Part shown: in pieces, positions 14,690 through 30,318 of the stretch
Numbering within the stretch: position 1 is the stretch's first letter
How the letters are laid out: each line of letters starts with the position of its first letter
From: Octopus vulgaris
Taxonomy: Eukaryota
Direction: 5' to 3'
Assembly (NCBI GenBank): GCA_951406725.2
Contig: OX597818.1
Span: 110,236,001 to 110,300,000 of the forward strand
DNA length: 64,000 bases
Translations under genes and position numbers: made by a program
Notes under the pieces: generated by a model
The model's database searches: none
The model's input: the letters and a program-made list of their open reading frames with translations, nothing else
What the model was told of the DNA's origin: nothing

Positions 14690-16129
14690 GTGTCCCACCA
14701 CCGCATGACATGAGCTTACGGTCCTCATGGCTCAACGGTTTAGCACAAAAAGACCAATATGATAAGTATCAGCCTTTTAAAAATTAACCCCTGGGATCGA
14801 TTCTTTTGACTGAAATTCATGGCGATAGTGTTCCAGCATGGCCACAGTCTAATGACTAAAACTAGTTGGAGATGAGAGATGGAAGATATATCTCGTAAGC
14901 ACGCTCATACACAGGCCTAGTTGTGTGCAGTTACATATACACATACGTACACACACATACAAACACACACATACATACACACACATACACACATATATAC
15001 ATACACATCCGGCAGGCTTCTTTCAGAGTCTGCTTACCAAATCCACTCACAAGGCTTTGGTTGACCTGGAACTTTAGTAGAAGACACTTGCCCTAGGTGC
15101 CACACTGTGGGACTGAACCTGGAACCATGTATCTTGGGAAGCAAGCTTCTTACCACGCATCCACGCCTAATATCGCTTGGTAAGAAATTCAAAAACATTC
15201 AACCAGTGAAGCTCGCATACACCAACGTATAATATGCAGATAAACGTATGTAGAAAGACAAGCAACAAGAATCAAGATTACGAAAGAAAAATCTAACAAC
15301 TAAAGACAAAATAAAACGACGAATTTAGGTTCGCTAGATCTCCAGGCCCAACTTTAGCTTAATCAATAACAAAAGGCTGATCGCAAAAACATTAATCTTC
15401 AACGGTTGCTATTTCTTGACGCTAATGAAGTAAAACATAGAACGACTTTTGAACCAGTGACTTGAAAATCTATACGGACGTCATTTATTGATTGGCTCCG
15501 TAAAAATCAAGTCATTTAAAGCGATATTATTGATTGGATGTGCTGTAAAGAATAACATACAGGCGTACCTCTATTCATAGGGGCATACACAGACGTGCTA
15601 GCATGCACGAACACACGACCGCGCGCACATATATACAGACATAGATATGTGTGTGTATGTGTGTGTGTGTGTGAGTATAACTTTGAGTGGTATGTATGCA
15701 AGTGTATGTACTTAAATATACATACAGACACACAATCGCCTACACACACATACACACACGCACATATATATATATATACATACATGTATAACTTTTGCAT
15801 CTTGTCTTTTACTTGTTTCAGACAATAAACTGCGGTCACTCTGGAACACCGTCTTCATTTTTTTTTAGTCCAATGAATCGACTTATTTTTCAAGCCTGGT
15901 ACTTAGTCTATCGGTCTCGTTTGCCGAATCGCTAAGTTACGGGAACGTAAACACACCAGGTGATCACAATGCGCTTTTAAATCCAGCCAGACCGTTGCTC
16001 ACTTACAGCTGAGTGGACGGCAGTGATGCGAAATGAAGTATCCTGCTCAGGACCACAACGCGTGACCCGGCCCGAGAATTGAACCCACGACCGCTAACCA
16101 TTAGGTCACGCACCTTCAGTGTATGTATG

Positions 16130-16225
<96 letters not shown>

Positions 16226-16320
16226 CGTGTGTGTGTGTCATATCGTGGCACTCCGTCCGTTATGCCGACGCGGGTTCCAGTTGATCCGATCAACGGAACA
16301 GCCTACTCGTGCACAGACAC
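14690..16320. mobile_element. SINE fragments (family A at 14690-14860 +, 15012-15168 -, 15805-15960 -; family D at about 16000-16320 -)
   Basis: Similarity by eye to full copies elsewhere in the window. Confidence 0.65.
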
Positions 16321-16803
16321 GTGTATTCTGCCAGCACGCCGCCTTAAGACGGGGAGTGCCGAGAAGGAAGATAAGAATTTCTATGAAAGTGCGTGCATGT
16401 ATGTGTGTGTATGTGTGGGTGCCTGTCACATAGATAATGTATGGATGAATGTATTACGAATGAACAGCTACTTTTACACATAATCGTTACCGCACTTCTT
16501 CGCTTATATAATAAGACATTCTAAAAATAATATTTTTCTTACTGCAATCACGAAATAAGTCAGAGGCTGTTGTTTCTGTTGTTGTCGTTTAGTTCCAGAT
16601 CACCTTTGACCAATCCCATCGCTTTTCAGACATCTTATTTCGATTTATTTAACCCATCACGAATTGCTCTATACTAGGAGCGGATAATCTATTGAACCAG
16701 AGTTCAAATCTTTGCTGCACGGCTTCATTGTATTTCTGGGAAGAATATTCTTTTCATCAGAACCATACAGTATTATAGCTGTGTGTATGTGTGTATGTAT
16801 GTG

Positions 16804-16862
<59 letters not shown>

Positions 16863-16924
16863 CAATAGATATATAAAATATGAATATATGGATACACGTA
16901 TGTATATGTGTGTGTGTGTGTGCA

Positions 16925-17235
16925 TAAAGCGTAATGGGTAAAGAATGCCTTCGTTCATGAATGACCATGGGATTGCACCTAGAGGGACACCCCCCGAGGC
17001 ACAAGTCTGGGCAAGGTTGTATATGGAAGACCAGCAATCACTCAAGCATATCAGCCTCCCATCTCCACGCCAAGGGAAACGCAAAGGCCCCTACAGCCTG
17101 GCACCAAGGACGACGCAACTCGTTTCTACAGCTGAGTGAACAGAAGCAACTTGAAAAATTAAGGATCTTCTTCAAGAACACAACACAGCCCGATCCGGGA
17201 ATCGAACTCACACCCTCAGGATTGTGAGCTCCATG
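16925..17235 (-). mobile_element. tRNA/CORE-type SINE with a distinct tail
   Basis: Minus-strand B box GAGTTCGATTCCC, CORE-like GTGTTCTTGAAGAAGA...TTCACTCAGCTGTAGAAA. Confidence 0.65.
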
Positions 17236-18049
17236 CTTTATATATATATATATATTTACATACATGCATAGAGAGAGAGGGGGGAGAGATTCGTATGCAC
17301 ACATACACTCACACGTATATATATATATACGAATGCGTTGACGAACGAAAGAAAGAGACACTCAACATATTTAGTAGGATAAGCAATTTGATTCGGTCCC
17401 GTGCAACTTAAAGTTACGGAACATAGATAATCGGGCTTAGACGGCCGCCTGTGCTTGACGAGCTAAGTTCGGAAACTTTAAGTTACCGTAACGAGGCTAC
17501 GACACTTTTAAGTTGCTTGGAAATGGATAAAACTGTTCGTCGACTGACAAAGTACAAAATACTCACCTTCATTTATCCTTCTCAGAGCCACGACGAATTA
17601 ACTAAAAAAACACCGGAGTTTGGTGAAAATGTAATTATTTGAAACTGGTTCATCTATTCTAAGCAAGTAACATACACAGTAATACACAGGCAATACAAGC
17701 GAGGCGAATATTAGTAGCAGCAAGAATGAAATAATAGTAGATCTGCCCAAGAAATGGAATGAAATCTGTTACCTTTCTACCACGTTTGGAGCAGCCATGA
17801 ATAGCCAGGACAGAGTATTAGAGTGTAATGCAACATTTTGAAATGTTAGTCAAGGGGAAGTAGTTATAGGTTGTGCAAAACAACAATTGACAGATTGAAG
17901 TCTGGCCAATTTCTGAAACAGAAACAGCCAAAAACTTTTCATTAAATATTAAGATAATCACTTTTCGGTAAATAATGAAGGTAGTTCATTGTGGCACTGA
18001 AGGGGATAAAGGAAGGCGATTGTATAAAATATGTTATTTGTTTGTCTTT

Positions 18050-18092
<43 letters not shown>

Positions 18093-18129
18093 ATATATAT
18101 ATATATATATATATACTCTTACTCTATTA

Positions 18130-18318
18130 CTCTTTTATTTGTTTCAGTCATTGGACTGTGGCCATGCTGGAGCACCGCCTTTAGTCGAGGAAATCGACCC
18201 CAGGACTTATTCTTTGTAAGCCTAGTACTTATTATATCGTTTACTTTTACCGAACCGCTAAGTTACGGCGACGTAAACACACCAACATCGGTTGTCAAGC
18301 GAAGTTGGCGGGGGGGAC
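18130..18318 (-). mobile_element. SINE family A 3' half
   Basis: Near-identical to the reverse complement of 320-516. Confidence 0.85.
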
Positions 18319-18726
18319 ATATGTCTTCCGGGGAAAATTTGGTTGTATCTATGGGAATCAGGAAACTTTTTCCTAAAGTGTTTTCCCCTTTATAGACAAT
18401 TACTTATACATTTTCTAAATCCAGACAATATTTATGACCATTCCCAACTATAAACTGTCAACTCACTCTGTCTATCCATTCTACACAGACACTGTTCTTC
18501 TAGCCTTAGATTTGGTAGTTGATAAAAAAAGACTAATAAATTAAAAATGAACCACAATCATTTACAAGCTGTGACCCTAAAAAACTCCATGCAGTTCTTA
18601 GAAGTATAATATATTCTGAGTCACATCATTAGCAACATGGACTTTCTCCCCCTTCTTGCTCTATTAGAGAATTTGAGTAAAATTATATTAATGTGTCCAA
18701 CTGATTAAAAAAATTCTACTTAATTA

Positions 18727-18812
18727 TGCAGCTGAAGATAGCTTAGCATTTAAATTGATGTAATGATTACATACTTCAATTAAATGGAACCGCTTGAAAC
18801 GATCGTACTGCA
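18727..18812 (+). ncRNA. Type I hammerhead ribozyme motif with long stem II
   Basis: TGCAG-CTGAAGA-TAGC..(about 50-nt hairpin)..GCTT-GAAA-C(GATC)G-TA-CTGCA; cleavage after 18807; about 30 nt upstream of (TA)n. Confidence 0.75.
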
Positions 18813-18840
18813 CCACCTCTTGATAACTTGTTGCTTATTT

Positions 18841-18886
<46 letters not shown>

Positions 18887-18893
18887 TTACATC

Positions 18894-18983
<90 letters not shown>

Positions 18984-19517
18984 GATTGATAGATAGATAA
19001 TGAATGATGTATAAATTATCTGTAGCCATACCAACTGAAAATTGAGAAGACAATGGACAAATTAATATTAATAGGAGAATATCTGCAGTTCACAGTTTTC
19101 TGAGAGAAATGTTATTTTCACTGTATTTAGAAATAGTTGAGTCAGTCGCCCTAAGCTATACTTTATTTCTTCTGCTGAACATATATTACGACGTTTATGA
19201 AAGAGTGTAAAACAGGATTTAAGAGGATAAGTAGAACTTCAAAACACAAGAGAGTTCAAATTTTAATGCATACATGGTTCATAAAAACAAGAGAGAGAGA
19301 GAAAACAAAAGGGAGTAACATGTCAAATGAAAGCACCTATAAAATATAAGGAGAAAATAGTTCCCTGATGCTATCGGGTGAGATAAACAATGGAAGACAT
19401 GGTGGAAAGAATACCATAAAAGATATCGAGAGATTATATTAAAACATATCATACATATCTAAATTAAAATATATAACACAAATGAGTATACATACACGAG
19501 TATATATATGTATATAT

Positions 19518-19594
<77 letters not shown>

Positions 19595-19981
19595 TACATA
19601 TGTATATACATATGTATACATATGTATATATACATATATACATATATATATATGTATATATATATACATATATACTTACATATACGATTAGTTAATATAT
19701 AAATAAAATGTGCAACACAATAAATGTTTACAGATGTTGTGTGGAAATCACGAGATTTGTTGTTGCAGCTGGTGTTTAGAGAGTTAAACACTAAGTACTC
19801 AATCAGTCTTAACCAAAATTCGTTAAGTGTTCTACTATGTTTAATCCCAGCCATCGGTTAACACCAGTTTGCAGTAATCTGGGCACAATGAACATGACGG
19901 ATCTTGTTTGCGGCTGTTGTATCAAAATATCATCCGCGAAGGCCACCGGCTAAAGATTGTCTGTCCAGCTACCCGCTAGAT

Positions 19982-20035
19982 CAGCGTTTCTCAACCGGGG
20001 TTCCGCAAAAGGTTCCTAGGGGTTCCGCGAGAAAG
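19982..20035 (+). mobile_element. hAT (Charlie-like) terminus
   Basis: CAGCGTTTCTCAACCGGGGTTCC preceded by CGCTAGAT; a related opposite-end fragment lies at about 53420-53465. Confidence 0.55.
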
Positions 20036-20759
20036 AGTGAGATAAGCTAATGCTAATTTCATGATCATAATATTACTATAAATGTACAGCATATTATTGG
20101 TTATTGTAATACTGTAATATAGAAATCCTCCTATCTAACCTATTATGTTATCAAAAAAATACAAGAACCACACACATATATATATATATATATATACAGT
20201 TCTTGTATTCATACATACACACGACATACTTTTACAGTCTCAATCTGGCGTCACAGCAAGTCTCTTCCAACAAATGCTTATATCAATGCAGTTAACTTCA
20301 TTAACATCAACTACCAACAACAGCAACAACAACAATTATCCCCACAACCAGAACCGCCACCACCACTCCTTCAGCAACCACCACCCCTACCATAATTTAA
20401 ACAGTCATACGAACAGTAGCTACAAAGCTAACATCAGTAGCTGACATCTGTAGAATGTAACGCATTCATTATCAATGTTCAATACGACTTTGTTGGTGGA
20501 TGCCATTCTACAGAAATACGGTACTATATCGACATCAAAACTATTTAAATCAATAAAAATACGAGGCTGGAGATTTTCTTTTTCATACCATTTTCAGAGA
20601 CCAGTTTCAATCCGAAAATATATAAAAAATGCTTTGTTTCTCTCTCTTTTATTATTCATATTTAATAAGTTTAATAATATTAAATGCGTTAACATTTAGA
20701 AATATTTTCAATGTTTGCATGCCACAGGAAAATAGCATTTTAACAATATACATATGTAC

Positions 20760-20810
<51 letters not shown>

Positions 20811-20904
20811 TATACATATGTGTATATATATATATGTGTGTGTGTATGTGTGTGGTTATATATATACATGTGTGTGTATATATAAATATATATATATACA
20901 TAAA

Positions 20905-21075
20905 AAAAAGACGAAGGTGGGTGTGTAAACAACAAACAGTTGTATTAGTTTAACGCTCGGGAAGTGAGAAAGTCTTTTACGTTTCGAGCCCACGCTCGTC
21001 AACAGAAAAGAACACAGAAATAAATAGGGAGAGAAAATAAAAAAAAGGTTTAGTGGCCAGCGCTCTATCATGGCG

Positions 21076-21076
<1 letters not shown>
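20905..21076 (-). mobile_element. PLE-like tail family F with hammerhead variant (20973-21011)
   Basis: Minus strand TTTT-CTGTTGA-C-GAGC(GTGG)GCTC-GAAA-CG-TA-AAAG. Confidence 0.7.
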
Positions 21077-21153
<77 letters not shown>

Positions 21154-21187
21154 ATTACATCCCCACACACACACATATATATATAGT

Positions 21188-21261
<74 letters not shown>

Positions 21262-21519
21262 TTTTTTATATGTGTGTGTATTTACAATTATTTTTACTTT
21301 TATAGTTTTATAGTTTCTTTATAGATTAGCGTTTTACATTTATAGTTGGAAGTGTTGCGTATATACAAACAAATGTACCTAGGAATATGTCTATAAAAGA
21401 TTGCAAGTATGAGAGGATGGAATTTGAATGTGTACATTTCTATATAACGAGAATTATTTCATGTATTCGCGTTTGAATGTGTACATTTCTATATAAACGA
21501 GAATTATTTCATGTATTCG

Positions 21520-22247
21520 CGTGAGAGTGAAGGTTTATTTAATCAGTGTCGACGTGTTCTATCTCCATTTTTGTATATATTTGTTGGTGAAGATAAAAAT
21601 TCGTTCACTGAGTTGCTCTTTAAGCCTACACATTCATATTTCTAACTTCTATCAGATCTCATGTCCACTACTTACTAGTTTTACTTCTGCCCCAATAACC
21701 ACGCCCGTCCGTTCACTGAAACCTCCTACCAAAATTAAAATGTTCACTATTGTCAATCATTACTGCATTGTCCTAAGCTCAACTCCCACTTAAATTTGTT
21801 CTTCAAACATCCAGTAGGAAGTTATTTCAAACTTCTGTCAGGTATCTTATATTTATAGATTAAACAAGCCATTTGGCGATACTTCATAAAGTCACTTTTC
21901 ATAAAATTGAGTTCTTCATTTTGTTATAGTTCGCTGCTTTTATGCATTTGTAAACACATTTTGAGTCATTTTCTGTTTGTTACTTCTTTGTCTTTATATA
22001 TGTACATTCGTTTGCCTTGCCCAGGTGCTTAATGATTTTAGCTTAAGCCCTTGGCCCAACCGGTTTCGTGTAGTATCCGAAAGGATTGGGCGAGACTACG
22101 TGAACATTCCGGACTCCGACTGAAGAGGCAGTTGGCTGAACCGTGTATCTTGATTTGTCCTGTTTGCCGTTGCTGTGCTATCATCTTTTTCGTGCTTTTT
22201 ATGTTTTAATGGCTTCCGTTTGTTGTGTTTTCTTTTACCTTTGATTT
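21520..22247 (+). mobile_element. Heavily decayed Penelope-like element (RT C-terminal remnant plus hammerhead-like tail)
   Basis: From 21562 translates SPFLYIFVGEDKNSFTELLFKPTHSYF*, matching the PLE RT pattern LPFLD...KPTH; CTGAAGA-GGC..GCT-GAA at 22120-22140; (TA)n end. Confidence 0.5.
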
Positions 22248-22281
22248 ATATATATATATATATGTATATATATGTGTGTGT

Positions 22282-22339
<58 letters not shown>

Positions 22340-22432
22340 ATGGAGAAAGCGACAACAGGGAGAAACGATAACGTGAGGACGTGGTACATACAAATATATT
22401 AACAAGACGCTCAGAGAAAATATATAATACAT

Positions 22433-22477
<45 letters not shown>

Positions 22478-22642
22478 TGATAGTTTTATATTTACAGATA
22501 TTTATTAGTATGTTACATGTTTTATAAATCATATATCAGCGGCTAGAGTGGATGCAAGCGCTAATATATGAGTTATAAAACATGTGACATTAATAGATAT
22601 CTGTAAATATAAAACCATCAAGATTTCTGAGTACCTTATTTC

Positions 22643-22715
<73 letters not shown>

Positions 22716-22782
22716 ATATATAATATATAATATATATATATATATATACGTATGCGTGTGTGTGTGTCAGTATATGTATAAG

Positions 22783-22820
<38 letters not shown>

Positions 22821-22959
22821 CATGCATACACGAAAAACTATTCTGGATTAAATATAGAGAATCCCCGTTATTGAGTCCCTACTCAAATATCAACAGAAGG
22901 AACAGTGGTGGCACTTTCCCATCAAAACCTATTTCCAGAGTAACCATAATCGGTCGGAT

Positions 22960-23330
22960 ATTGTTGTTTGAGCAGGACCCTGCCCTTCTCCATATTGACT
23001 CCGACGTCGTGGAGTTTCTCAGCTCTTTCATCTAGCTGGTTTCCACAGACACCAAGAATGAAGATCTGACTCCGGAGATAAACGCTGATGTGACCTGGCA
23101 GCTGGTGTCATGTACCCCCTATGCAAGACCCTCTGACGCCACTACTCTATCAACAGAAAGAGGAAGCTCTAAATCTACAACGCATCATCCCTCTCCATCC
23201 TCCTCCATGCAGCAGAAACGTGATCCCCTCTCGCTGTCGATGGTTGGACGTGACTGGAAAAGACCTGCAGAGGCTAACGTTGCTTTGGAGAGTGCAGAGG
23301 AACATCGTTGCTGACCGCTTTCGAAGCTTT
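22960..23330 (+). pseudogene. Decayed RTE-clade LINE ORF fragment
   Basis: VEFLSSFI*LVS..DLTPEIN..LAAGVM..L*RHYSINRKRKL*IYNASSLSILLHAAET*..RWLDVTGKDLQ: RTE post-RT motifs with stops and frameshifts. Confidence 0.75.
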
Positions 23331-23601
23331 GATTCCAATTTAATAACAAGACTATGCCGACAGCCACATTACCTAATATATGATATGCTAATTTCAGTGG
23401 GCTAAGCATACATTTCCACCAATACCGTCGCCACCATATATGCTACATACGCCATCGCCATACAGCAACCCTATTGCCGCAGCTGGAGCGTCTGTCATTT
23501 TGATCTCTATAGTTATTATATGCAATACATTCGTACTGCTTGTTTTTTTTTCTTTTTTAGTTTTTGTCTTAAAAATTTTGGTAACAACATCTGGCGCTTT
23601 G

Positions 23602-24000
23602 AAGGCGGCGAGCTGGCAGAATCGTTAGCACGCCGGGCGAAATACGTTGCCGTATTTCGTCTGCCGTTACGTTCTGAGTTCAAATTCCGCCGTGGTCGAC
23701 TTTTCTTTTCATCATTTCGGGGTCGACAAAAAAAGTACCAGTTGTGCACTGAGGGTCGATGTAATCGACTTAATCCGTCTGTCTGTCCTTCTTTGTCTCC
23801 TGTGTGTTTAGCCCCTTGTGGGTAGTAAAGAAATAGGTATTTCGTCTGTCCTTACGTTCTGCGATCAAATTCCGTCGAGGTCAAATTTGCCTTTCATCCT
23901 TTACGGCTATTTTAAGTACCAGTTGAATCCTGGAGTCGATCTAATTGACTGGCCTCCCTCCCACCAAATTTCAAGCCTTGTGCCTAGACTAGAAAAGACT
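23602..24000 (+). mobile_element. SINE family B dimer
   Basis: Same units and tail as 8808-9362. Confidence 0.85.
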
Positions 24001-24071
24001 ATCAGGTGCTTTGATTCTTATAAGCGTATGATTTTCAATAAATGTTTAATGACATCACCCGTGATATAAAT

Positions 24072-24116
<45 letters not shown>

Positions 24117-24118
24117 GC

Positions 24119-24150
<32 letters not shown>

Positions 24151-24151
<1 letters not shown>

Positions 24152-25457
24152 TGTTTCTTTATTAGCCACACAGGGCTGCACACAGATAGAACAAATTACA
24201 AGGTAGAGCTTTTCTTTTGAAGGTTTAAAAAAAAAAAAAAAAAAAAGAAGGTTTCGATCAAAAGGGATCGTAAAAGGAGAGAAAGAGGACAAAAAAGGGG
24301 GTTAAAAAAAAGGGGAGAGAAAAAAAATTGATCAATAGGGATCGTTATCACAGAAATGTCAATATGAAGTGTAAAGGGGAGGACAGGTGAGGTTTACCCG
24401 TGGAAAGAAAAGCCTACGGAAAAGACCACGGTAACCTCGGTCAATGAAGTCACATTTTATAATTCTTTTTTTTTTTTTTTTTTGCAAATAAGCAACTCTC
24501 TGTTTTCGATTTCTGGGTTCATAGGACTATGCTCAAGGTGGCTTTGTCATTCATACGTGCCATTCTTGCTACATTCACCCATCTTTTTTTAAAACATTCG
24601 CTAGACAAAACTTGCCTCTCTACTCTCACTTTCCTTTTCAAGTGGTACTTGAAGAAGTTGATGAGAGATTGACCAGAGAGGAAAGTGTTTGTCTCCAATC
24701 CTTTCAGACGCGTCCACCAGATACATTCTTTCGCCATAGCCACAAGGATGATGAAAATAGCTCTTCCTTCCCGTTTGAAGGAAGGAGGCGTGACAATATT
24801 GACGATAGACTCAGCTGATAAACCGACTCGTCCCACACGTGACAGCAGTTGTTCGACATAAGCCCACAGGTCGGAAATTGTTGGACACTGAACGAGTGCG
24901 TGCAGAACGGTTTCGTCGCTCTGACCGCATCTCGGGCAGGTCGGCCCCGTGTTTCTCGAGCCGTGTCTGTAGAGCTTATCCCGAACGGGTAGCGCTTCTC
25001 GGTAGCACTGCCAGGCCAGGGATCTCTGGAAGTTGTCCATGGGCCCTGGCCCGAAAGTCGTCCTGAACAGGCGGGTCAGGTACTCCTCGTCGACGTCCAG
25101 GTTCGCCCCGAGCTCGTCGTCGTACCTCCCCTCCACTAAACCCCTATAGAATGCTTTGGTTGTGTTGAAGTCACTTAAGGTCGACCCAGGACGGCAGAGT
25201 TGCTTGAGAGCAACGCGACACTCGCGGTGCCATTCGCCCGTCCTCGGCCTCTTTTTGATCCACGACTGCAGTTCTGTCATGGAGACGAGCTGCGGGAAAG
25301 CGTGCCTCACAAACGGCGACCACACCTGTTCACCGTCGTCTACATAGAGCCAGAGATGCCGCAGTCTCAGCGCGTGTCTGCGCATCATCAACCACGGCAT
25401 GCCCAGCCCTCCTTTTAACGGGTGTTGACAGCAAATGGATCGCCTGACCATCGGGAC
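24151..25457 (-). mobile_element. 5'-truncated L1/Tx1-clade LINE inserted in (GATA)n
   Basis: Open ORF2 C-terminus, about 370-bp 3' UTR, AATAAA (24158-24163) followed directly by (ATCT)n; (GATA)n on both flanks. Confidence 0.9.
24519..25451 (-). CDS. Tx1/L1 ORF2 C-terminal part (zf-RVT cysteine-rich domain), truncated and probably non-functional
   Basis: GGLGMP motif, [35 protein letters not shown] (CxxC..H..C); 310 codons without a stop. Confidence 0.8.
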   Translation of the reverse strand: MVRRSICCQHPLKGGLGMPWLMMRRHALRLRHLWLYVDDGEQVWSPFVRHAFPQLVSMTELQSWIKKRPRTGEWHRECRVALKQLCRPGSTLSDFNTTKAFYRGLVEGRYDDELGANLDVDEEYLTRLFRTTFGPGPMDNFQRSLAWQCYREALPVRDKLYRHGSRNTGPTCPRCGQSDETVLHALVQCPTISDLWAYVEQLLSRVGRVGLSAESIVNIVTPPSFKREGRAIFIILVAMAKECIWWTRLKGLETNTFLSGQSLINFFKYHLKRKVRVERQVLSSECFKKRWVNVARMARMNDKATLSIVL

Positions 25458-25523
<66 letters not shown>

Positions 25524-25525
25524 GC

Positions 25526-25571
<46 letters not shown>

Positions 25572-25573
25572 GC

Positions 25574-25656
<83 letters not shown>

Positions 25657-26201
25657 GAACGAAAGATAAAACTTCATAAAAATGAATCTCTTCAATTAAT
25701 TAGTTTCTCTCCATCTGCTTCACAGTAAAACATATTCGATGCTCTTTTGTGTTCTTATCTTTTTTTATGGAGTGTTTCGTAGCAAAAATCTTTTAGTTAT
25801 CTCATTATTATTCATAATACGGTTAAAAACCCGATCAACATACTTTTCCATATTTCTCTGAATTAAAACTGAATGATTCCTGTTTATTCTGTTTGATCTC
25901 ACTGACACAGGTTAGAGTATTTAAGTTATAAATACCAGATCAATGAAATTATAAACCGATTACTTCGTGTGAGATTTATTGCAATCATTAAAACAAACAT
26001 ACTGTTTTGCTTCCATTACTAATTTACAATATCAATTCCCGTTATCATGCGCCAAAGAATTTCGTTGTCCAGCTGCGGTCGACCTGCCTCAAACACTCTT
26101 TCACTGCAGCTGAACACTAAAGCAATGTCGTTGCCGTGATTGATAAATAATACATATACGCTGGTTTATCCGTAATGATAATTATTATTTTGTATATCAA
26201 A

Positions 26202-26375
26202 AAGGCGGCGAGCTGGAAGAATCGTTAGCATGGTGGAAGAAACGCTTTAATGTATTTCTTCCGTATCAATACGTTCTGAGTTCAAATCGACTTTGCCTTT
26301 CATTCTTTCCAGTTCGAGAAAATGATTGCCAGTTGCTCTCCTTTCTCAAGCTTCTGACCTTGTGCCGAAGTAGAA
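26202..26375 (+). mobile_element. SINE family B, decayed
   Basis: AAGGCGGCGAGCTGG head; GACTTTGCCTTTCATTCTTTC. Confidence 0.75.
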
Positions 26376-26629
26376 AAACGGTATGTGAGGGCAGAAGTTT
26401 CCCAGAATCGTTATTTGTCCGGAATATTACAGTGAAATTCGAATTCTATCTTTGATCAGCTTTAGCATTCGTCTTCTCGAGTTTGTCAAAATAGAGTACA
26501 AGCAAGTACCGCAGAAAATCTATTCGACTATACCCTAGACTCAACACGTGTAGCTTTGGTAGAAAATTCCTTGTGCATACAACAGCAAATGTTTCTTTTA
26601 TATAGACAGACACACGGGTAGAAAGAGGT

Positions 26630-27096
<467 letters not shown>

Positions 27097-27724
27097 GTTT
27101 GTGCACACAAACCAAAGTGTGTTTTACTGATTCTCCTGTGATGCACTCGTTTCACACCCAACATGTCATCCCAGACAACTACGGCTGAAGCATAATAAAA
27201 TAAAGCAATAAATTATACATTTCTTGAACACATCAAATATTGTGCCATTTCCGCTCTTTTTTTCCTGTCTGTGTCGTTACTGTTTTATCCATAATTCCGC
27301 ATGTGACCAACACATGATGAGACGGCCCCATAAAATTTTGACATTTGCATATTATTGAAGCAATTATTTTTCAACTCGATAGACTCTTCTTACAACAAAC
27401 CACTCAGCTGTAGATTTAGCGAGATGAGGTACGTCTCTTAATGTAAGCAGGCTACGATTAAGCGGATTCCGACATTTTGTAACTATTTTCCCTCATCATT
27501 TACAAACGCACAAACACACGCACACATACACACACAACCGCACACATATAAACACACACATATAAACAAAAACACTTTTTCCGCGCTAAAAGGGTTCAAA
27601 TTATACGCACAAATTCATACTTAGTATTTAATGCATGACACAAATGTAGGCGTTAAAATGTTTATTCCAGAAACCCCATTCTGACCGTTTCGATCATGTG
27701 TGATATGTATATATAAAAGGCAGG

Positions 27725-27761
<37 letters not shown>

Positions 27762-28617
27762 TGAATGTAATTTATGCACGTCCACAAATTAGCACGCATG
27801 TCGCTCCAATTTTAGGAGGACATTCGTCATGATCCTACTTGTATTTTCTCCAACTTATTTTTCCCAGAGGCACCAGCGAATAGCAGTGAAAATAAATTTT
27901 CAACCAAAACTTTTAACAATTTTCATGTCGGAGAAATCCACCGTTGTTTACAAACAGGAGTTAAGTCCCCTTCTAGCGACAAGTAAGTTTTTGTTAGATG
28001 ATGGGGGTGTTGTCTTCAAAGGGCTGGCATGTGCAAATGGATCACCTCTGTCGATCAAACTCCCATCGATGAGTGAAAAAAATCGATAATCCGATTTCTT
28101 ACGGGATTACCCAATCAAGTTGTCTGCAACCCACTTTCAACCAATTTCAACGGATTTCACCCAAATTTGACGTCGATGTTACTTATTTTGGTTTGAAATA
28201 AAGAACTTGATTAGCTTAATTACCCTAACTTAATCCCTTGAAATCATTACTTTTCGTGTTGTGTGCTTTCAATCTTAATACACGTCTTCTTTTTTCTGAG
28301 TGAACCCAGACGCTCTCCAGATGAAGGATACCAAATTGTTCTAAACGCTAAGATTGTAATGACTTTCGATTAATAGTTCGTTGGTGCAGATTCACTGTCA
28401 ACACCATATCTATTACGATCATCATCATTATCGTCGACATCGTACTCATAATGAGACCATTTCACTGCTGATCATATCCACATACTACGAAATACCCCTC
28501 CTCCATACACATTTAGGTGATCCATAACTCTAAAAGGGAATTCTTTACATCTAGAAATGTGGGTTGTTTTTTTTTATGTCTTATCTTTCATAACGCGTTT
28601 CAGTATTTACCATAATT

Positions 28618-28810
28618 AAGGCAGCGAGTCGGCAGAATCGTTAGCGCGCCGGACAGAATGCTTAGTGGCATGTCGCACGTTCTGAGTTCTAATTCTGGCG
28701 AGGTTGACTTTGCCTTTCATCATTATTTCGCAGTCGATAAAATAAATACCAGCTGAACACTGGGGTCAATGGAATCGACTTAGTCTCTTCCATGAAAATT
28801 GCTGCCAAAA
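28618..28810 (+). mobile_element. SINE family B
   Basis: AAGGCAGCGAGTCGGCAGAATCGTTAGC head; GACTTTGCCTTTCAT domain. Confidence 0.8.
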
Positions 28811-28859
28811 TGTGTTATCAATATTCAATGCGGTTCTTCAGTTATAGGAAGTTGTTTAA

Positions 28860-29079
28860 CCCTTTCATTACTGTATTTATTTTGAGATGTTCTGTGTTTC
28901 TTTCAATTAATTTTATATCTAACAAAGAATTTAGTCAAATAACTTAGTTATCATTTAGCTAGTGTTGGGAACATAAATTGTGACTAAGGTTTGGTGGAAG
29001 ATTTTAATTCAGAACTTATGAAAACAAGACATTTGTACTACAGGGCCAGATCGGTTTCACCGGGTTGGTATCAAAAGGG
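28860..29079. mobile_element. piggyBac-type MITE
   Basis: TTAA|CCCTTTC..AAAAGGG|TTAA: TTAA TSD and imperfect 13-bp TIRs. Confidence 0.75.
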
Positions 29080-29156
29080 TTAATAGGTTATATCATGAAG
29101 AGAAAGAAGAGTAGAATATAGCAGGACGGAAGGAATAAATATATAAATAAATAAAT

Positions 29157-30318
<1,162 letters not shown>

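Noticed and set aside
16715-16770. Minus-strand CTGATGA..GAAA (similar case at about 1045-1075)
   Set aside because: No valid UH cleavage site or coherent stems.
17561-17610. Possible 35-nt minus-strand exon (TTTTTTAG..ATGAAG|GTGAGT)
   Set aside because: Stops in all frames and no partner exons; unsupported without RNA-seq.
22015-22110. Pistol- or HDV-like look (GCTTAAGCCC, hairpins)
   Set aside because: Required pseudoknot partners are absent.
27706-27850. Second Helitron 5' end
   Set aside because: No 3' hairpin or CTAG end located.
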